Assembly (NCBI GenBank): GCA_963514005.1 | Contig: OY740789.1 | Coordinates: forward strand, 21,514,001 to 21,578,000 | DNA length: 64,000 bases | Direction of reading: 5' to 3' | DNA from: Raja brachyura | Taxonomy: Eukaryota | Part shown: one piece after another, positions 62,271 to 64,000 of the stretch | Layout: each line of letters opens with the position of its first letter | Numbering within the stretch: the stretch's first letter is position 1 | The notes under the pieces: model-generated | Databases searched by the model: none | Seen by the model: only the letters and a program-made list of their open reading frames with translations | Told to the model about the DNA's origin: nothing | Position numbers and translations under genes: made by a program

Positions 62271-62891
62271 GGTGAAGCACTGATTAATTTGTACTTCTAA
62301 TTTACTGTGCTGCAATCAGTACAGTACTCATACAAAAATGTGATCTCTGGATTGGAGAGCCAAACTCAGTTCCTATTTCATGATTAGAGCTCAGTATTGT
62401 AGAGTATCTCTTACTGTGCCTTTATCCCCAATTCATTAAGTCTGTGTTCTTTATATTCAGGCCATCAACCTTGAAATGAAATAGAGACCCTGCTATTTTT
62501 TTGCAGTCTATCGGTGAATCATGATTTAAAAAAATGTATTTACAATAGGAATGAGATGTTTGCTTAAAATTGATTCGCAAATAAGTCTGATGAAAGGTCC
62601 CAGACCTGAAATGTTAACTGATTCTCTTTCCACAGTTACTGCCTAACCTGCTGACTTTCTCCAGCATTTCTTCAGCAGATGAACTAATCAAGTTTTTATT
62701 GTGACAAAAACTTATAAAATACATCTGGTGCTATTATATAATAAAGAAACATTTTTTGATGGATTAATCTTTATAAAATTTCAAGAAATACAGCATTATA
62801 ATTATAATACTGGTTACTTTTCATGAATTCTCACATTCTAGATATGCCATTCAAGACAAATTAAACAACTCCTTTTCTTTTTAATTTGTAG

Positions 62892-63254
62892 GCAGTGGCA
62901 AAACACTGGCATTTGCTATTCCCATGATCCACTCTATATTGGAGTGGAGGCAAGCTAAACATGCCAAATTGAAGGAAAATGAGGAAGGGAATCAGGATGC
63001 TAATGAAGGTGATGAACCATTCACCGACAACCTAACGAAAATTAACAGTGAACATCTGGAGGAATGTGAAGAGGTGGAAACAAATGACAATGAAGAGAAT
63101 CATGATTTGGGTTGTGTAAAAGTGATTGACAATGTACATTTTGATTTTGAGGCTCCTCATGCTGTAAATCCACTCTTGGGCTTGGTCCTGACTCCAACAA
63201 GAGAACTAGCTGTCCAGGTAAAACATCACATTGACGCAGTCACCAAATTCACAG
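62892..63254 (+). CDS. DDX24: DDX24 second coding exon (GSGKTLAFAIPMIH...GLVLTPTRELAVQVKHHIDAVTKFT)
   Basis: TTTGTAG acceptor. Completes Walker A (AETGSGKT), has an acidic insert, then motif Ia PTRELA, with donor ACAG|GTAGGC. The gene continues beyond the window. Confidence 0.96.
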
Positions 63255-64000
63255 GTAGGCAATGTTATTTGCAAGACTTTATAAATGTATGCAGCTTAGT
63301 AATGTTACTTTAGTTCTTATTTGTATTTAGAAAGTGATTCAGTTGAATGCTGCATTTGTATTGGCAGTGACCAGAATCCAATGAATGTCCCATTTTAAAT
63401 GAACCATTTTGCTATTTGTGCCATAATCTGAAAAAGAAACACATTGCTAATGTGGTTAGTTTGCTACACCTGTGATGGCATGCAAATAAGAAGGAACATC
63501 GCTTAATATTACATTCCACTAAATTCAATAGACTTTAAATTAATAATTAAACTAATTGCCTTGTTAATTTTGTTTTGCTTCTGGATGCCTTCATAAATAA
63601 GCTTGTGGAAATCTCAGTATTGTCTGTCAGTATTTAAAAAAAATATTTTAATTTCCCTCTTAGGTAGACACACAATGCTGGAGTAACTCAGTGGGACAGG
63701 CAGCATCTCTGGAGAGAAGGAATGGATGCTGCCTGTCCTGAGATACTCCAGCATTTTGTGTCTACCTTCAATTTAAACCAGCATTTACAGTTCTTTCCTA
63801 CTCCATTCATTTCCCTCTTACTCCTTAATCCATGGACTGTACCTTTTGTTCTACATTCTCCAGAACAGAGAAATTAGCCTTCAAGCATCTATCCCACCTC
63901 ACTTATTTTACTAAATTATAAAATGCTGAACTATTCTTCTTGGTCTTCTTTGGTTTGCCTTCTCATTCCAGGAGTTGATTTACTGAACTTTAATTGCACA

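Noticed and set aside
62950-63170. Acidic insert between helicase motifs I and Ia as a novelty
   Set aside because: A variable insertion at this position is a known feature of DDX24/Mak5 proteins.

Overview
Vertebrate genomic DNA, almost certainly an elasmobranch (skate/ray/shark), judged from HER1-type CR1 LINEs, HE1-like SINE pieces and abundant Penelope-derived repeats. Two host genes lie head-to-head. PPP4R4 is on the minus strand, with its CpG island at ~45.7-46.2 kb and first two coding exons at 45008-44916 and 43658-43585; I found no later exon, so its next intron apparently spans the remaining >43 kb. DDX24 is on the plus strand, with a candidate non-coding exon 1 near 56.9 kb and coding exons at 59713-60406 and 62892-63254. 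The rest is a nested transposon landscape: many CR1, several Rex1/Babar, one 5'-truncated L1, RTE fragments, a chromodomain Gypsy element with both LTRs, a hAT-like and another TIR element, a Tc1 end, Helitron-like repeats and more than 15 Penelope-like (PLE) fragments. The most notable signals are a recurring minimal hammerhead-ribozyme motif in the PLE repeats, fold-back PLE insertions, a candidate pair of unannotated in-frame PPP4R4 exons, and no visible IFI27/ISG12 cluster between DDX24 and PPP4R4. All calls were made by eye without database searches, and TE boundaries are approximate unless a TSD is quoted. There are three assembly gaps and no prokaryotic-type system or CRISPR.
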